A DNA stretch of 64,000 bases from a virus. A model generated the notes under the pieces. It was given only the letters and a program-made list of their open reading frames with translations, ran no database searches and was not told the origin of the DNA. This document shows, in pieces, positions 16,500 through 26,067 of the stretch; positions within the stretch are counted from its first letter, which is position 1; each line of letters begins with the position of its first letter. The DNA is taken from positions 1 to 64,000 of the IMG/VR virus record IMGVR_UViG_3300005095_000173; one strand, 5' to 3'. A program made the position numbers and the translations under genes.

Positions 16500-16692
16500 A
16501 TATAAAATTACAAACTGGAAGAAAGTTAAAAAGCTGAAAATTATTAAATATTTCATAGACAAATTATCTAATAAATATTTTCTGCTTTATTACATCAATG
16601 GTCATAGTTTATATGTACACACAAATTCAGAATTAATTGCTAAACTTGTAATTAAGTTTCTTGGTTATAACTACAGGGAGGTTGAAGAATGA
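16489..16692 (+). CDS. hypothetical protein
   Basis: coupled ORF, 67 aa. Confidence 0.5.
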   Translation: MIFKYKITNWKKVKKLKIIKYFIDKLSNKYFLLYYINGHSLYVHTNSELIAKLVIKFLGYNYREVEE

Positions 16693-16946
16693 CTATATAT
16701 TTAGTTATTCTCATTATGATAATTTATATTGGGGGAGCAATGGAAATGAATTATCTTCTTTATTATAAGATTAAATGTGATCAGGATTATGTTGGGGAAT
16801 TTGAATCCCGTATGATTATTATTTCAGCCATTTTCTGGCCGATTACTTTTATCACTGTCTTTCTTGATATTATATTTTATGGTCTTATCTATATTATTGT
16901 TAAACACATTCTGAAAGGAGTAGAAAATGGACGACAAAATTCTTGA
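16689..16946 (+). CDS. small membrane protein
   Basis: two hydrophobic segments, IFWP motif. Confidence 0.65.
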   Translation: MTIYLVILIMIIYIGGAMEMNYLLYYKIKCDQDYVGEFESRMIIISAIFWPITFITVFLDIIFYGLIYIIVKHILKGVENGRQNS

Positions 16947-17289
16947 ACTGTTACTTGAGATTGAGAAAGCAGCGGAAAATCTTGCGCCACAGGCGTGGGA
17001 ATTATTGGTTAAAAAACAGCAACTTTCTGGTATTATTGAATTGATCATGTTTGTTATTATTGCTTCTTTTGTTATTTATATTGCGTATCGGCTGAATAAA
17101 TTTGCAGACAATTATGAATGTGAAGGTTATGCCTGCGTAAATGATATTAAGTATTTGTCAAAGGCAGTTGTATTTATTATTCTTCTGTTTGGCTCTATTA
17201 TTTCCTGGGGAGTTGTTGAAAATATTATTATCAAAATTGTATTGCCGAAATACGCGGCAATTCAACAATTAATTTCTTGGATGAAATAG
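16927..17289 (+). CDS. 2-TM protein (paralog of 17301..17648)
   Basis: MDDKILELL...APQAWELLVKKQ...P.YAA. Confidence 0.75.
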   Translation: MDDKILELLLEIEKAAENLAPQAWELLVKKQQLSGIIELIMFVIIASFVIYIAYRLNKFADNYECEGYACVNDIKYLSKAVVFIILLFGSIISWGVVENIIIKIVLPKYAAIQQLISWMK

Positions 17290-17300
17290 GAGAGTTGAAA

Positions 17301-17648
17301 ATGGAAGAGAAAATTCTGGATCTTTTGAACGCACTTCAGAACGCCATCGTGAAAATGGCGCCTGAAGCATGGAGTATTATGATCAAACAACAAATTACAA
17401 AAGGCGCAGTTAGTGTTTTTATTGGAATTATTGTTATTATTTTTATTACTATTGGTGGGAATCATATTATTGACTTTGGAAATAAGTATTATGCAGACGA
17501 GGAAGAAAAAGCCTCCAACAAATTGATTATTCGCATACTTCAACTTGTGTTGGTTTTTATCGTTCTTCTTTGTATCAAAGATGATATTATCCGAATTATC
17601 AATCCCGCGTATTATGCAATGTTAGATATTGTGGAATGGATTAAATGA
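17301..17648 (+). CDS. 2-TM protein (paralog of 16927..17289)
   Basis: MEEKILDLL...APEAWSIMIKQQ...NPAYYA; AGGAG RBS. Confidence 0.75.
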   Translation: MEEKILDLLNALQNAIVKMAPEAWSIMIKQQITKGAVSVFIGIIVIIFITIGGNHIIDFGNKYYADEEEKASNKLIIRILQLVLVFIVLLCIKDDIIRIINPAYYAMLDIVEWIK

Positions 17649-17830
17649 CCCATAACATCGCGGCTTACATTGTTGGATTAATTCTTAGTACTGTTTATAT
17701 TAACCAAGTTTTCAATGATTATAGCATGAAAGTCAAGATATTATTGTATATACTTTGGCCACTTGTATTAGTCTCTCTTGTTATTTGGGGATTCTTTTAT
17801 CTAATATATGAATTAATTGTAAACTACTAA
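17645..17830 (+). CDS. small membrane protein
   Basis: hydrophobic, ILWP motif like 16689 gene. Confidence 0.6.
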   Translation: MTHNIAAYIVGLILSTVYINQVFNDYSMKVKILLYILWPLVLVSLVIWGFFYLIYELIVNY

Positions 17831-17844
17831 AGGAGAAAAGTAAA

Positions 17845-18498
17845 ATGGGTACTATTGCAGTTGTAACACTGCCTAATGGTAATGAATTAATTGAAACTTT
17901 AGACGGATATAAATCTTACTTGGGTAATCTTTTACTTGATTATAAAGACGACCCTTATTGTCTTTACCACGTATTAGAACGTAATGACCCACAATTCCCT
18001 ATTGAATTTGTGGATTATTGGTACAAAATCGAAGACGGGAAAGTCTATATTAAATATCATGGAAATGATTCTTGGCACAAATTAAAACGCATTAAAACTA
18101 AATTTGTTAGACGATGCCCAATTTGTGGCGAAGAAAGATATTATATGTTCTTTAATGGTGACATTTATACTTATATTGGTTGTGAACATCATGTTAGCAG
18201 CAATGTTAAAAAGGACGAGTCCATTTTTATTTATTCTGATGATGAACCACGATTACAAGTTGTAAAAGCAATTAGTGATTCTGATTATTTTTATGCAACA
18301 TGTCCGTACTGCAAAACAGAAAATAAAGTAGCGCGTGATTATGAATGGGAGTTTGAATTAATTAAAACTTGTGAACATTTTAATTCTGTAGAATACTATG
18401 GAGAATATATTAAACATGATAGTGGATATTTCTTTGGCTCTTATATCAAAAATGTTTGGATTACTTTCAAAGAGGTTGAAAAGGAGGAAGAAAAATGA
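17845..18498 (+). CDS. protein with two CPxC...CEH Zn-binding repeats
   Basis: CPICGE..GCEH and CPYCKT..TCEHF. Confidence 0.7.
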   Translation: MGTIAVVTLPNGNELIETLDGYKSYLGNLLLDYKDDPYCLYHVLERNDPQFPIEFVDYWYKIEDGKVYIKYHGNDSWHKLKRIKTKFVRRCPICGEERYYMFFNGDIYTYIGCEHHVSSNVKKDESIFIYSDDEPRLQVVKAISDSDYFYATCPYCKTENKVARDYEWEFELIKTCEHFNSVEYYGEYIKHDSGYFFGSYIKNVWITFKEVEKEEEK

Positions 18499-19394
18499 AC
18501 GAATTTGTTCACATTGGTACAGACCCTGAATTCTTTGTCATTAGTACTGGAGAATTTGATTATATTCCTGAAGGTTATTCTATCCCGCCCGTTGTTTATC
18601 GCATTGAAAACCAACTTAAACTGAAGCGATTAATTGGTATTCGCCATTACGTGTTTTGGGAAAAGAACGGTTATATTATTCATGAAGATGGTGCAGCGTT
18701 TGAACTTACTACGCCGCCGTTTAATGATATTATTGAGATGAAGAATTCAGTATTAGGAATTTTGGGGGAAGCAGAAAAAGATCTCGGTCTTAAATTCACT
18801 ATTATTCCAGCGGCAAAATTTATGATTCCAGATAAATTCAAGAATAATGAAAGTTTTATTACTGCATGTGAATTCGGATGCAACCCTGATATTGAGGGTT
18901 GCATGCCTGATATTAATCTTACTACTCGTACTATTAGAGCAGATGATATTCCTTATCGATTTGGTGGGGGACATATTACAATTGAGTTTAAGGAAGAACA
19001 CAAAAACCTGTTTGTTAATTATCCTGACATTTTCAGCCAATTCATGGCTATTAATGTGGGTATTCCCATGATTGCATTTACTCGGTTTCCTCACCTTCTT
19101 AAAGAGCGTGCAAAATATTATGGTACTCCGTGCAAGTATCGTGATAATAAACTTCATAAAAACTTATTTGAATACCGAACACCATCTAATGAATGGCTTC
19201 TATTTACAGATGAGCAATTAATGACAATTCAGAAAGGTATTAATACTGCAATTAAAATGTTTACTTCAAGGGATGAAACAGCGAGGAGTTTTCTTTCTCG
19301 CTATCTCCCTGAAGCGAAAGCAATTATTCTTAGCTCTGATGTTCGTGCTGCTAAATTAGTAATGAAAGAACTTACACAATACTTTGTGGAGTAA
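18495..19394 (+). CDS. phiEco32-like COOH-NH2 ligase type 2
   Basis: IGTDPEFF, HEDGAAFE, FGCNPD, RFGGGHI, R..YGTP..YR, EYRTPSNEW. Confidence 0.88.
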   Translation: MNEFVHIGTDPEFFVISTGEFDYIPEGYSIPPVVYRIENQLKLKRLIGIRHYVFWEKNGYIIHEDGAAFELTTPPFNDIIEMKNSVLGILGEAEKDLGLKFTIIPAAKFMIPDKFKNNESFITACEFGCNPDIEGCMPDINLTTRTIRADDIPYRFGGGHITIEFKEEHKNLFVNYPDIFSQFMAINVGIPMIAFTRFPHLLKERAKYYGTPCKYRDNKLHKNLFEYRTPSNEWLLFTDEQLMTIQKGINTAIKMFTSRDETARSFLSRYLPEAKAIILSSDVRAAKLVMKELTQYFVE

Positions 19395-19396
19395 AA

Positions 19397-20398
19397 ATGG
19401 CCAACACTTATAAGTTTGGGACGATGGGAATTGAAATTGAATTTACTGATATTCCGCAAAATATTATTATGTGTACGCATGATGCGTCCACAGAATACAT
19501 ATTACAATTTGACGGACGAAGTTCCCAACGTGTTGGTGGTGAATTAGTATCTCCCGTTCTTCAAAATTATTCTCACATGTATGAATGGGTTACTAAAAGC
19601 GTCCGACGATTATTGCAATTGGGGGAAAATATTTATGATGAAAGTGGACGTGCTTCTATCCACTTTCATATTGGTTATCCTGCTACTAATATCAGTCTAT
19701 TGAAAAAGACGCTAAAATGGGCGGTCAAAGTTGACCCCCATCTCATGCGTCTTGGTGGAATGGGAAGCACTCCACGCGGTTATATTAATGATTTTCTTTA
19801 CTATCGTCCTATTATTAGCCCTCCCGTTGTTCAAACTCGCAACGGATACGGAAGAGTATTTATCGTAGATGATATTATGAAAATTAAAACGGAGCGGGGA
19901 TTTTTTACCCGCTATGGCGATAGTTATAATGTAAGTGGACGTTATGTAGCACAACGATATGTTGGTATTAATTTTTATTCAATTATTAGAAAAGGTACAA
20001 TTGAGTTTCGTCACTTTAATAAACTACTAAATGTTCCGCTTATCGGTGCGATAGCGGAATTTCTTTCACGATCTATTATTACTATCATTGATTCATCTGA
20101 AGCGAAAATTGATAAAATTAATTCATTTGAATCAGCATTAGACTTTTCTGGTATTGATAATAAAAAGAAAGATCTTCTTCTGGTATATTATTATAAGTCA
20201 AAATTTAGCATGGAAGAATATTACAAAGTAGCTGGAAAGAATTTATTATGCCACCTGGCAGCACGTGGTAATCTTCCTACTTATTATGAGAACACACGCT
20301 ATTGCCCGCCAGCAATTGACGAAGATTATGTTGATTATCCTTTTATTAGTGATACCCACTCTGGAGAATTTAATATTAATATTGTTTCGCGGAGGTAA
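19397..20398 (+). CDS. amidoligase (COOH-NH2 ligase superfamily)
   Basis: GIEIEF, HDAS, ELVSPVL, SIHFHIG, RYVGIN, GTIEFRHF. Confidence 0.85.
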   Translation: MANTYKFGTMGIEIEFTDIPQNIIMCTHDASTEYILQFDGRSSQRVGGELVSPVLQNYSHMYEWVTKSVRRLLQLGENIYDESGRASIHFHIGYPATNISLLKKTLKWAVKVDPHLMRLGGMGSTPRGYINDFLYYRPIISPPVVQTRNGYGRVFIVDDIMKIKTERGFFTRYGDSYNVSGRYVAQRYVGINFYSIIRKGTIEFRHFNKLLNVPLIGAIAEFLSRSIITIIDSSEAKIDKINSFESALDFSGIDNKKKDLLLVYYYKSKFSMEEYYKVAGKNLLCHLAARGNLPTYYENTRYCPPAIDEDYVDYPFISDTHSGEFNINIVSRR

Positions 20399-20401
20399 TC
20401 T

Positions 20402-21505
20402 ATGTGTCAATTGACGTTGGTAAAAACTGTGAATGCTGATCTTACTAAATTTATTAGCATTAATGCAGCAGTTATTAATCCATTGAAAGCGAAAATGGAT
20501 GAAAAGACTGGCCATGTTGATGGTTATGGTCACTTTATTAATCGCTCCAGTCTGTGGAAAACAGAATTTTCTGGCCATGAAATTAATTTTAGTTCGGTTA
20601 AATTCACAAATGATCCTGCTATTATTCATGTTCGACGTGTTTCTCGTGGTATTATTAGCAAAGAGAATGCGCATCCATTTGAATTTGATTATTTTGTAGC
20701 AGCACATAACGGTACATTATCTGGTGGTTTTCTTGACGTTAAAGAAACCACTACTGATAGTTATCAATTCTTTAAACATGCTAATGATCTAATTAAAGAA
20801 AATCCAGAGCTGTCTGTATTAGAAGCATTCAAGAAGTCTTATGATGAAATTGACGGCGGAAAGTTCGCCTTCTTAGTGTTTGATAAACGTGACAATGTTT
20901 ATTATGTTATTCGCGGAAAGGCCACCTTATTCGTTTCTTATATTAAGAGTAAAAATGACAAAACAGTTGGTATTATTGTTAATACAGAACGTGATAGTTT
21001 ATTGATGAATCTTTATCTTATTCGGGCACATTACGGGTATGCTTATACAGAGCCAGAATTATTGAGTGATAATACTATTTATAAACTTAATGAAGAGGAA
21101 ATTAAACTGGAAAAGGTACCTGGGATTGAAATTAAACAAAAAACTGTTACTTATCATACTGTAACACAAGCCACTACTACTGTTTACGATAACACAACGA
21201 CTTATGAATACAAATCTGGAAAACTCAAGCGCGACGCATTGCAGATTTTCTTTAATACGAAGGTAGTAGGTTATCAGTTGACCGCAAGAGACGCTTATGC
21301 CGCATATTTGTATGCTATTATTAATGGATACGAAGACCCAATTAAACTTCTTCCAGAATTAGAAGCAAAGATTGCTAATAAAACATATGATCCTATTATT
21401 CCGTATGCACTGCAATTCTTTATGGAAGACTTTGAACGCGAACCTGGTTATAAAGAGTTTATTGATAATATTACTATCAAACCGAAAGGAGGAAAAGAAA
21501 AATGA
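20402..21505 (+). CDS. class II (Ntn) glutamine amidotransferase
   Basis: N-terminal MC, DGYG, HVR, NAHPF, AHNGTL, TDS. Confidence 0.88.
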   Translation: MCQLTLVKTVNADLTKFISINAAVINPLKAKMDEKTGHVDGYGHFINRSSLWKTEFSGHEINFSSVKFTNDPAIIHVRRVSRGIISKENAHPFEFDYFVAAHNGTLSGGFLDVKETTTDSYQFFKHANDLIKENPELSVLEAFKKSYDEIDGGKFAFLVFDKRDNVYYVIRGKATLFVSYIKSKNDKTVGIIVNTERDSLLMNLYLIRAHYGYAYTEPELLSDNTIYKLNEEEIKLEKVPGIEIKQKTVTYHTVTQATTTVYDNTTTYEYKSGKLKRDALQIFFNTKVVGYQLTARDAYAAYLYAIINGYEDPIKLLPELEAKIANKTYDPIIPYALQFFMEDFEREPGYKEFIDNITIKPKGGKEK

Positions 21506-22272
21506 TCTATTACATTACTACGCTTCCGAAGTACTTCCCTGTTTCGGATATTATCCGAAACGCATTAGTAGAAAAGACTGGAAAACGAATTCTTATTTCT
21601 CGTAATCCAAAAGCGATTAGTCGATTCGGTAAGATTATCTTGAATGTTGGAACCACTTATCCTTTCGTTAAAGATCTAGCCATTAATTCTAAAGTAATTA
21701 ATCTTCCCATTACCTGCGCTATTAGTGGGGATAAAAATCGTACTTATCGCATGTTCAAAGATTATGTTAATGCTATTGAAATTAAGTATGGGTTTCCGAC
21801 TAATTACCCAGTAGTAAAACGCGAAGACATTAATTCTTTTCATGGTAAGGGAATTAAACTTTGCAATTCCTCAGAAGACTTTGGGGAATTTCCTGGGTAC
21901 TATTCTGATTTCATTAATTTTAATGCGGAGTACCGCGTATTTATCGCTGTATATAACGGAGAATTAAAACTTCAACGTGTATTTAGGAAAGATTTAAAGC
22001 CTGAGTTTGAAGGGCAATTTGTTCCTAAAAATGCAGAACATTGCAAATATTATCACATCTCTAAACCTAAAATTAGCGCTCTTCCTGATTTCGTTGACGG
22101 TATTATTCAAGCAATGGTGAATAAAGGTATTTATAATTTCTATTTCGGTTTAGATGTAGGTCGTGTAGAAAGAGAATTAATTCTCATCGAAACTAACTCA
22201 GCTCCAGGAATGAATAGTATTAGTATTGACGCGTTTACTAATTTGTTGATCGAGGAGGTTCTCTATGGGTAA
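21502..22272 (+). CDS. ATP-grasp ligase (RimK-like)
   Basis: DK, YPVVKR..HGKGI, EYRV, FGLDV, IETNSAPG. Confidence 0.85.
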   Translation: MIYYITTLPKYFPVSDIIRNALVEKTGKRILISRNPKAISRFGKIILNVGTTYPFVKDLAINSKVINLPITCAISGDKNRTYRMFKDYVNAIEIKYGFPTNYPVVKREDINSFHGKGIKLCNSSEDFGEFPGYYSDFINFNAEYRVFIAVYNGELKLQRVFRKDLKPEFEGQFVPKNAEHCKYYHISKPKISALPDFVDGIIQAMVNKGIYNFYFGLDVGRVERELILIETNSAPGMNSISIDAFTNLLIEEVLYG

Positions 22273-22858
22273 AAAGAATAATACTGTAACTACATATGAT
22301 TACAAAAAAGACATTATTAAATATACAAAAGAATTTATTGATTATCTATTTGACGGGGTTAATGCAGACAAATTTAGCATTATGCACCCGACTAATGTTG
22401 TTTATAAAACATTCAATGTTATTAGTCGAGGTCGTTACGAAATTCGCATTAAACGCGAAGACGGCACTGTTAGTAGTTATACTTATAGCGCTGGTTATTT
22501 CTTTGTGGCACAATTATTTGTTCATGCATTTGCATTATCTATCGCTTCATTTGATGGGCTGGATTTTGTTAACGTTGAGCCTAATAAAAGCATTGGGCTT
22601 GCAAAAACTATTTTCAAATTAGCTGGTGGTACTTCCCCTGACGATGTTATTATTTCCGCAGTTATGAAGTATTTGGATCATAAGATTACAGAAGTAAATA
22701 AATTAGACTCGGAGGATACTAAGAAATTAGGAATTGAAATTCTTCAGCGAATTGACTTCCCTGTTCCAATTATGGAATTATACGGATACGCATTATTTGG
22801 TTGTGACAAATATCTTATTAATTGCAGTTATTTCATCCCCGAACAAGGAGGTAACTAA
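22265..22858 (+). CDS. hypothetical protein
   Basis: GGAGG RBS, 197 aa. Confidence 0.7.
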   Translation: MGKKNNTVTTYDYKKDIIKYTKEFIDYLFDGVNADKFSIMHPTNVVYKTFNVISRGRYEIRIKREDGTVSSYTYSAGYFFVAQLFVHAFALSIASFDGLDFVNVEPNKSIGLAKTIFKLAGGTSPDDVIISAVMKYLDHKITEVNKLDSEDTKKLGIEILQRIDFPVPIMELYGYALFGCDKYLINCSYFIPEQGGN

Positions 22859-22860
22859 TA

Positions 22861-23229
22861 ATGTTGTACTGCAAAAATTGTGACGTCCCCGTAAAAGCAA
22901 AGCTTATCATTGATGTCCACGATGTTGGGTTTTATCAGATTCGCAATTATAATCGTGCAGGAATTACTGTTTCTCCACGCCGTGCTTTTCAGGCGTGGTC
23001 TAATGGTAATTATAAAATTGAAATTGATGTTGACCAGCATCGTGGGCACAAATTAATTACTACTTGTTATGAATGCGGTCGCCATATTAATGTAACTATT
23101 ACTTCCGACAATGTTGTTATTCCAGTTGGTGGTAAGATTATCCCGTCGAGTGGAGTATTTGTGTGTGAACGGTGCTTTAATAAATACTATGAAGGTATTA
23201 ATTATGAGGATGAAGAAGATGAATTATAA
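22861..23229 (+). CDS. Zn-finger protein
   Basis: CKNC, CYEC, CERC. Confidence 0.7.
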   Translation: MLYCKNCDVPVKAKLIIDVHDVGFYQIRNYNRAGITVSPRRAFQAWSNGNYKIEIDVDQHRGHKLITTCYECGRHINVTITSDNVVIPVGGKIIPSSGVFVCERCFNKYYEGINYEDEEDEL

Positions 23230-23987
23230 TGAATATTATTGGACAGGACAAAGCAAAAACAATTATTGAATCATTGATTAAATATAATATTATTAATAAT
23301 CGACTTACACATATATTATTGGTTGCTCCATCTGGGCACGGTAAAACACTACTTGGTAGATACACAGGAAAACTGTTATCTGCTGTTAAAAGAAAAAAGG
23401 TATTATATTTTAGCAGTGGTAGCATGTTTTACGATTATTTTACTAAAAACCCGCGGTATTCGTGGGAAAAATTTATTCTCTTTATTGATGAGATACATAC
23501 GTTACCACATGAGGAAGAAATTTTTCCTCTATTTGAAAAAACAGATATTATTGCTGCTACTAATATTATGGGGTTACCTGAAGCCCTAAAACAACGATTT
23601 AGAATTATAACACTTCAACGGTATAAAGATGAAGATTTAAAGAAGATTTTTAAATTGTATTATGGAAAAGATGTTGACGATGAAGTAGTTAATAGAATGA
23701 TTAAACTAACAAGGGCACCAAGGTTATTAAAAGAATACGCACACTTTTATGCCGCATTAGGTGAAGATTTTTGGAAATTAATGGTAGCAGAAGACGGGCT
23801 TACCCAAGAAGAATTTGAGTATTTATCTGCACTAAAAATATTAGGTGGTATTGCTTCCTTTAATAGAATTAGGACATATCTTGGGTATTCTCCAAGATAT
23901 GTTACAGAAATAGAAACGCGATTAGTAGCTAAAGGAAAAATTCAAATTACAAATCGTGGTAGGGAATTAGTTGAAATAGAAATATAG
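23229..23987 (+). CDS. RuvB-like AAA+ ATPase with C-terminal winged helix
   Basis: IIGQ, APSGHGKT, LFIDEIH, AATN, RF, TNRGR. Confidence 0.8.
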   Translation: MNIIGQDKAKTIIESLIKYNIINNRLTHILLVAPSGHGKTLLGRYTGKLLSAVKRKKVLYFSSGSMFYDYFTKNPRYSWEKFILFIDEIHTLPHEEEIFPLFEKTDIIAATNIMGLPEALKQRFRIITLQRYKDEDLKKIFKLYYGKDVDDEVVNRMIKLTRAPRLLKEYAHFYAALGEDFWKLMVAEDGLTQEEFEYLSALKILGGIASFNRIRTYLGYSPRYVTEIETRLVAKGKIQITNRGRELVEIEI

Positions 23988-24000
23988 AGGAGGAAATAAT

Positions 24001-24714
24001 ATGCCTGGATTCAACGCAGATGTATTAGCAGTTATTAATGGAGGAATTGTATTAATGACAACTGGATGTCGTGAATCAATGGTGACAATTACGGCTAATC
24101 ACAAATATTTTGTATCTGACCAAATTAATGCTGTGTTTTATTTAGATAATGATCGATATGTTATTACAAAAAAGTGGTTTAATGATCAAACTCTTTATCC
24201 TTGGAAGATAGATTTCTCACCAGTTCCAGGAGCAATGCGTATTAATTATGGTAAATCTGCTGGTGGTATTTATCAATTCTTAAAATATTACATCAATTGG
24301 GATCGCTATAATTATAATAGTATTTCTCATTGGTCGGAAATATTTTACGAACTTGTGGGTGATATTCCTTGGGATTATAGTTTAGATGATTCATGGGAAT
24401 CTGAATTCGGAGAAAGGGATGACGTCTTTGATCGCGTTCAGATGGCGATTTATGAAACAATGTTTACATATGCACTTACTGAACTGCATATTAATCCATT
24501 TACTAATTATAATTCTTTAAAGTATGGTAGTTATTATGCTTGCAATAGTATTTATAAACCGTGGAGTGAATTTCTTGGAGAAGAAAAACTGAAAAATCTC
24601 TACAATACACTTATTGAAGAATATGAAGATTATGAAGATTTCATTACTGCTGCGATTGAACCAATTATTAATACACGAGCATGCGTATTAGTGTCTGAAA
24701 ACAAGAGGTGGTAA
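24001..24714 (+). CDS. hypothetical protein (GCR family paralog 1)
   Basis: TGCRES, INWDRY, NPFTNY, WSEFLG. Confidence 0.75.
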   Translation: MPGFNADVLAVINGGIVLMTTGCRESMVTITANHKYFVSDQINAVFYLDNDRYVITKKWFNDQTLYPWKIDFSPVPGAMRINYGKSAGGIYQFLKYYINWDRYNYNSISHWSEIFYELVGDIPWDYSLDDSWESEFGERDDVFDRVQMAIYETMFTYALTELHINPFTNYNSLKYGSYYACNSIYKPWSEFLGEEKLKNLYNTLIEEYEDYEDFITAAIEPIINTRACVLVSENKRW

Positions 24715-24715
24715 A

Positions 24716-25486
24716 ATGCTGAAATTGAACGTGAATGGAGCCCAATTCTTTTATACCTCTGGATGCCGAGATTCATTGACTAAAGATCTCGGTGTTAGAG
24801 AATTAGCAGGAAAACAAGAAGGGATTGCAGTTATTACAAATATATCAAGATATTTCGGTGTATACATTCCTCTTATTAAAATCAGGTATTCGGATTCACC
24901 TACAATTACACGCGTTCGCCATCTTGGGAATGATGACCGTGGAGAACACGTGGTTACATTTAATTACTCATCTCGTGCTGGACTATTGAAAATGTTTAAG
25001 TGGCTTACAAATAAAGATCGTTATGGAAATTATATTGAAGATTATAACCCAGAATTCCATACTATGCTATATTATAGAAAGCAAATGGAGTATATTACGG
25101 AAGCGGTTGAAACTGCTAACGAAGCATATGATATTAGTGCATTAGTCAATGATTATGCTATTAGATTCCACTTTGGAGAAGTGGACACAGTTATTACCAG
25201 AATGAAAACGGTTTTACTTGAAACTTTATTTGACTATCTACTGTTTTATTTAAATAAAAATCCATTCACTAACTTTACTGATAATTATTTTTATACTGCA
25301 AAATATTTTATCCACCATAATCTACATACTTCTTGGGAAGAATTTACTGGTAAAGACGAGTTTAAAAAGTTCGTTCAGATTACTGAACAAGAAACCCCTC
25401 CTGAACTCAAGCAACATTTTAATCGTGCAATTGATTATTATATTAGGGATAAGTATGTCCTTCGGAAAGGAGAAGAAGAGTGGTAG
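24716..25486 (+). CDS. hypothetical protein (GCR family paralog 2)
   Basis: SGCRDS, TNKDRY, NPFTNF, WEEFTG. Confidence 0.75.
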   Translation: MLKLNVNGAQFFYTSGCRDSLTKDLGVRELAGKQEGIAVITNISRYFGVYIPLIKIRYSDSPTITRVRHLGNDDRGEHVVTFNYSSRAGLLKMFKWLTNKDRYGNYIEDYNPEFHTMLYYRKQMEYITEAVETANEAYDISALVNDYAIRFHFGEVDTVITRMKTVLLETLFDYLLFYLNKNPFTNFTDNYFYTAKYFIHHNLHTSWEEFTGKDEFKKFVQITEQETPPELKQHFNRAIDYYIRDKYVLRKGEEEW

Positions 25487-26067
25487 ATATTTTTGTAACA
25501 CCAGGTGCGTTCTATCAATCTATTATTGATAAAGTAATTATTAGTGGCAATGAAGTTGCTGAAGATTATACTGAGGCAGATATGATTATTTTCTCTGGAG
25601 GTGAAGATATTTCACCATCTATTTATAACGAAGAGAACCGACACTCTTATTTTAATCCAGAGCGCGACATGTATGAAATTAATGTGTACAAGCACGCAAT
25701 TAGTAACGGGCTTCCGATGTTAGGTATTTGTCGTGGGCATCAATTACTGTTAGCATTAAATGGTGCAAAATTAGTACAAGATATTTCAATTGAACTTGGG
25801 TTTAGTCACCCAGGATTTCATAAAATTGAAGTAGAAAAGCTTAATAGTATCATTCCTGTATATGTTAATTCACTTCATCATCAGGGAGTATTAGTTAAAG
25901 ACATTCCAGATACTTTTGAATTAGTTGCTTATGAGCCAAATACTATGATTGCTGAAGCTACTTACAATGAAACGCTTGGAATCTTTACAGTGCAATTCCA
26001 TCCAGAAATTCTTAGCGACGATACATTTATTAATATCATTCACTTTTTGGAGGATAACCATGAGTAG
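25480..26067 (+). CDS. class I glutamine amidotransferase / peptidase C26 (PuuD-like)
   Basis: SGGEDISP, RD..E, GICRGHQ, VNSLHHQ, VQFHPE. Confidence 0.92.
   Translation: MVDIFVTPGAFYQSIIDKVIISGNEVAEDYTEADMIIFSGGEDISPSIYNEENRHSYFNPERDMYEINVYKHAISNGLPMLGICRGHQLLLALNGAKLVQDISIELGFSHPGFHKIEVEKLNSIIPVYVNSLHHQGVLVKDIPDTFELVAYEPNTMIAEATYNETLGIFTVQFHPEILSDDTFINIIHFLEDNHE

Noticed and set aside
18680-20707. Antisense and alternate-frame ORFs within the ligase cluster (and similar ones within nrdJ, TROVE and TMP)
   Set aside because: Fully nested in well-supported genes, with no RBS or motifs.
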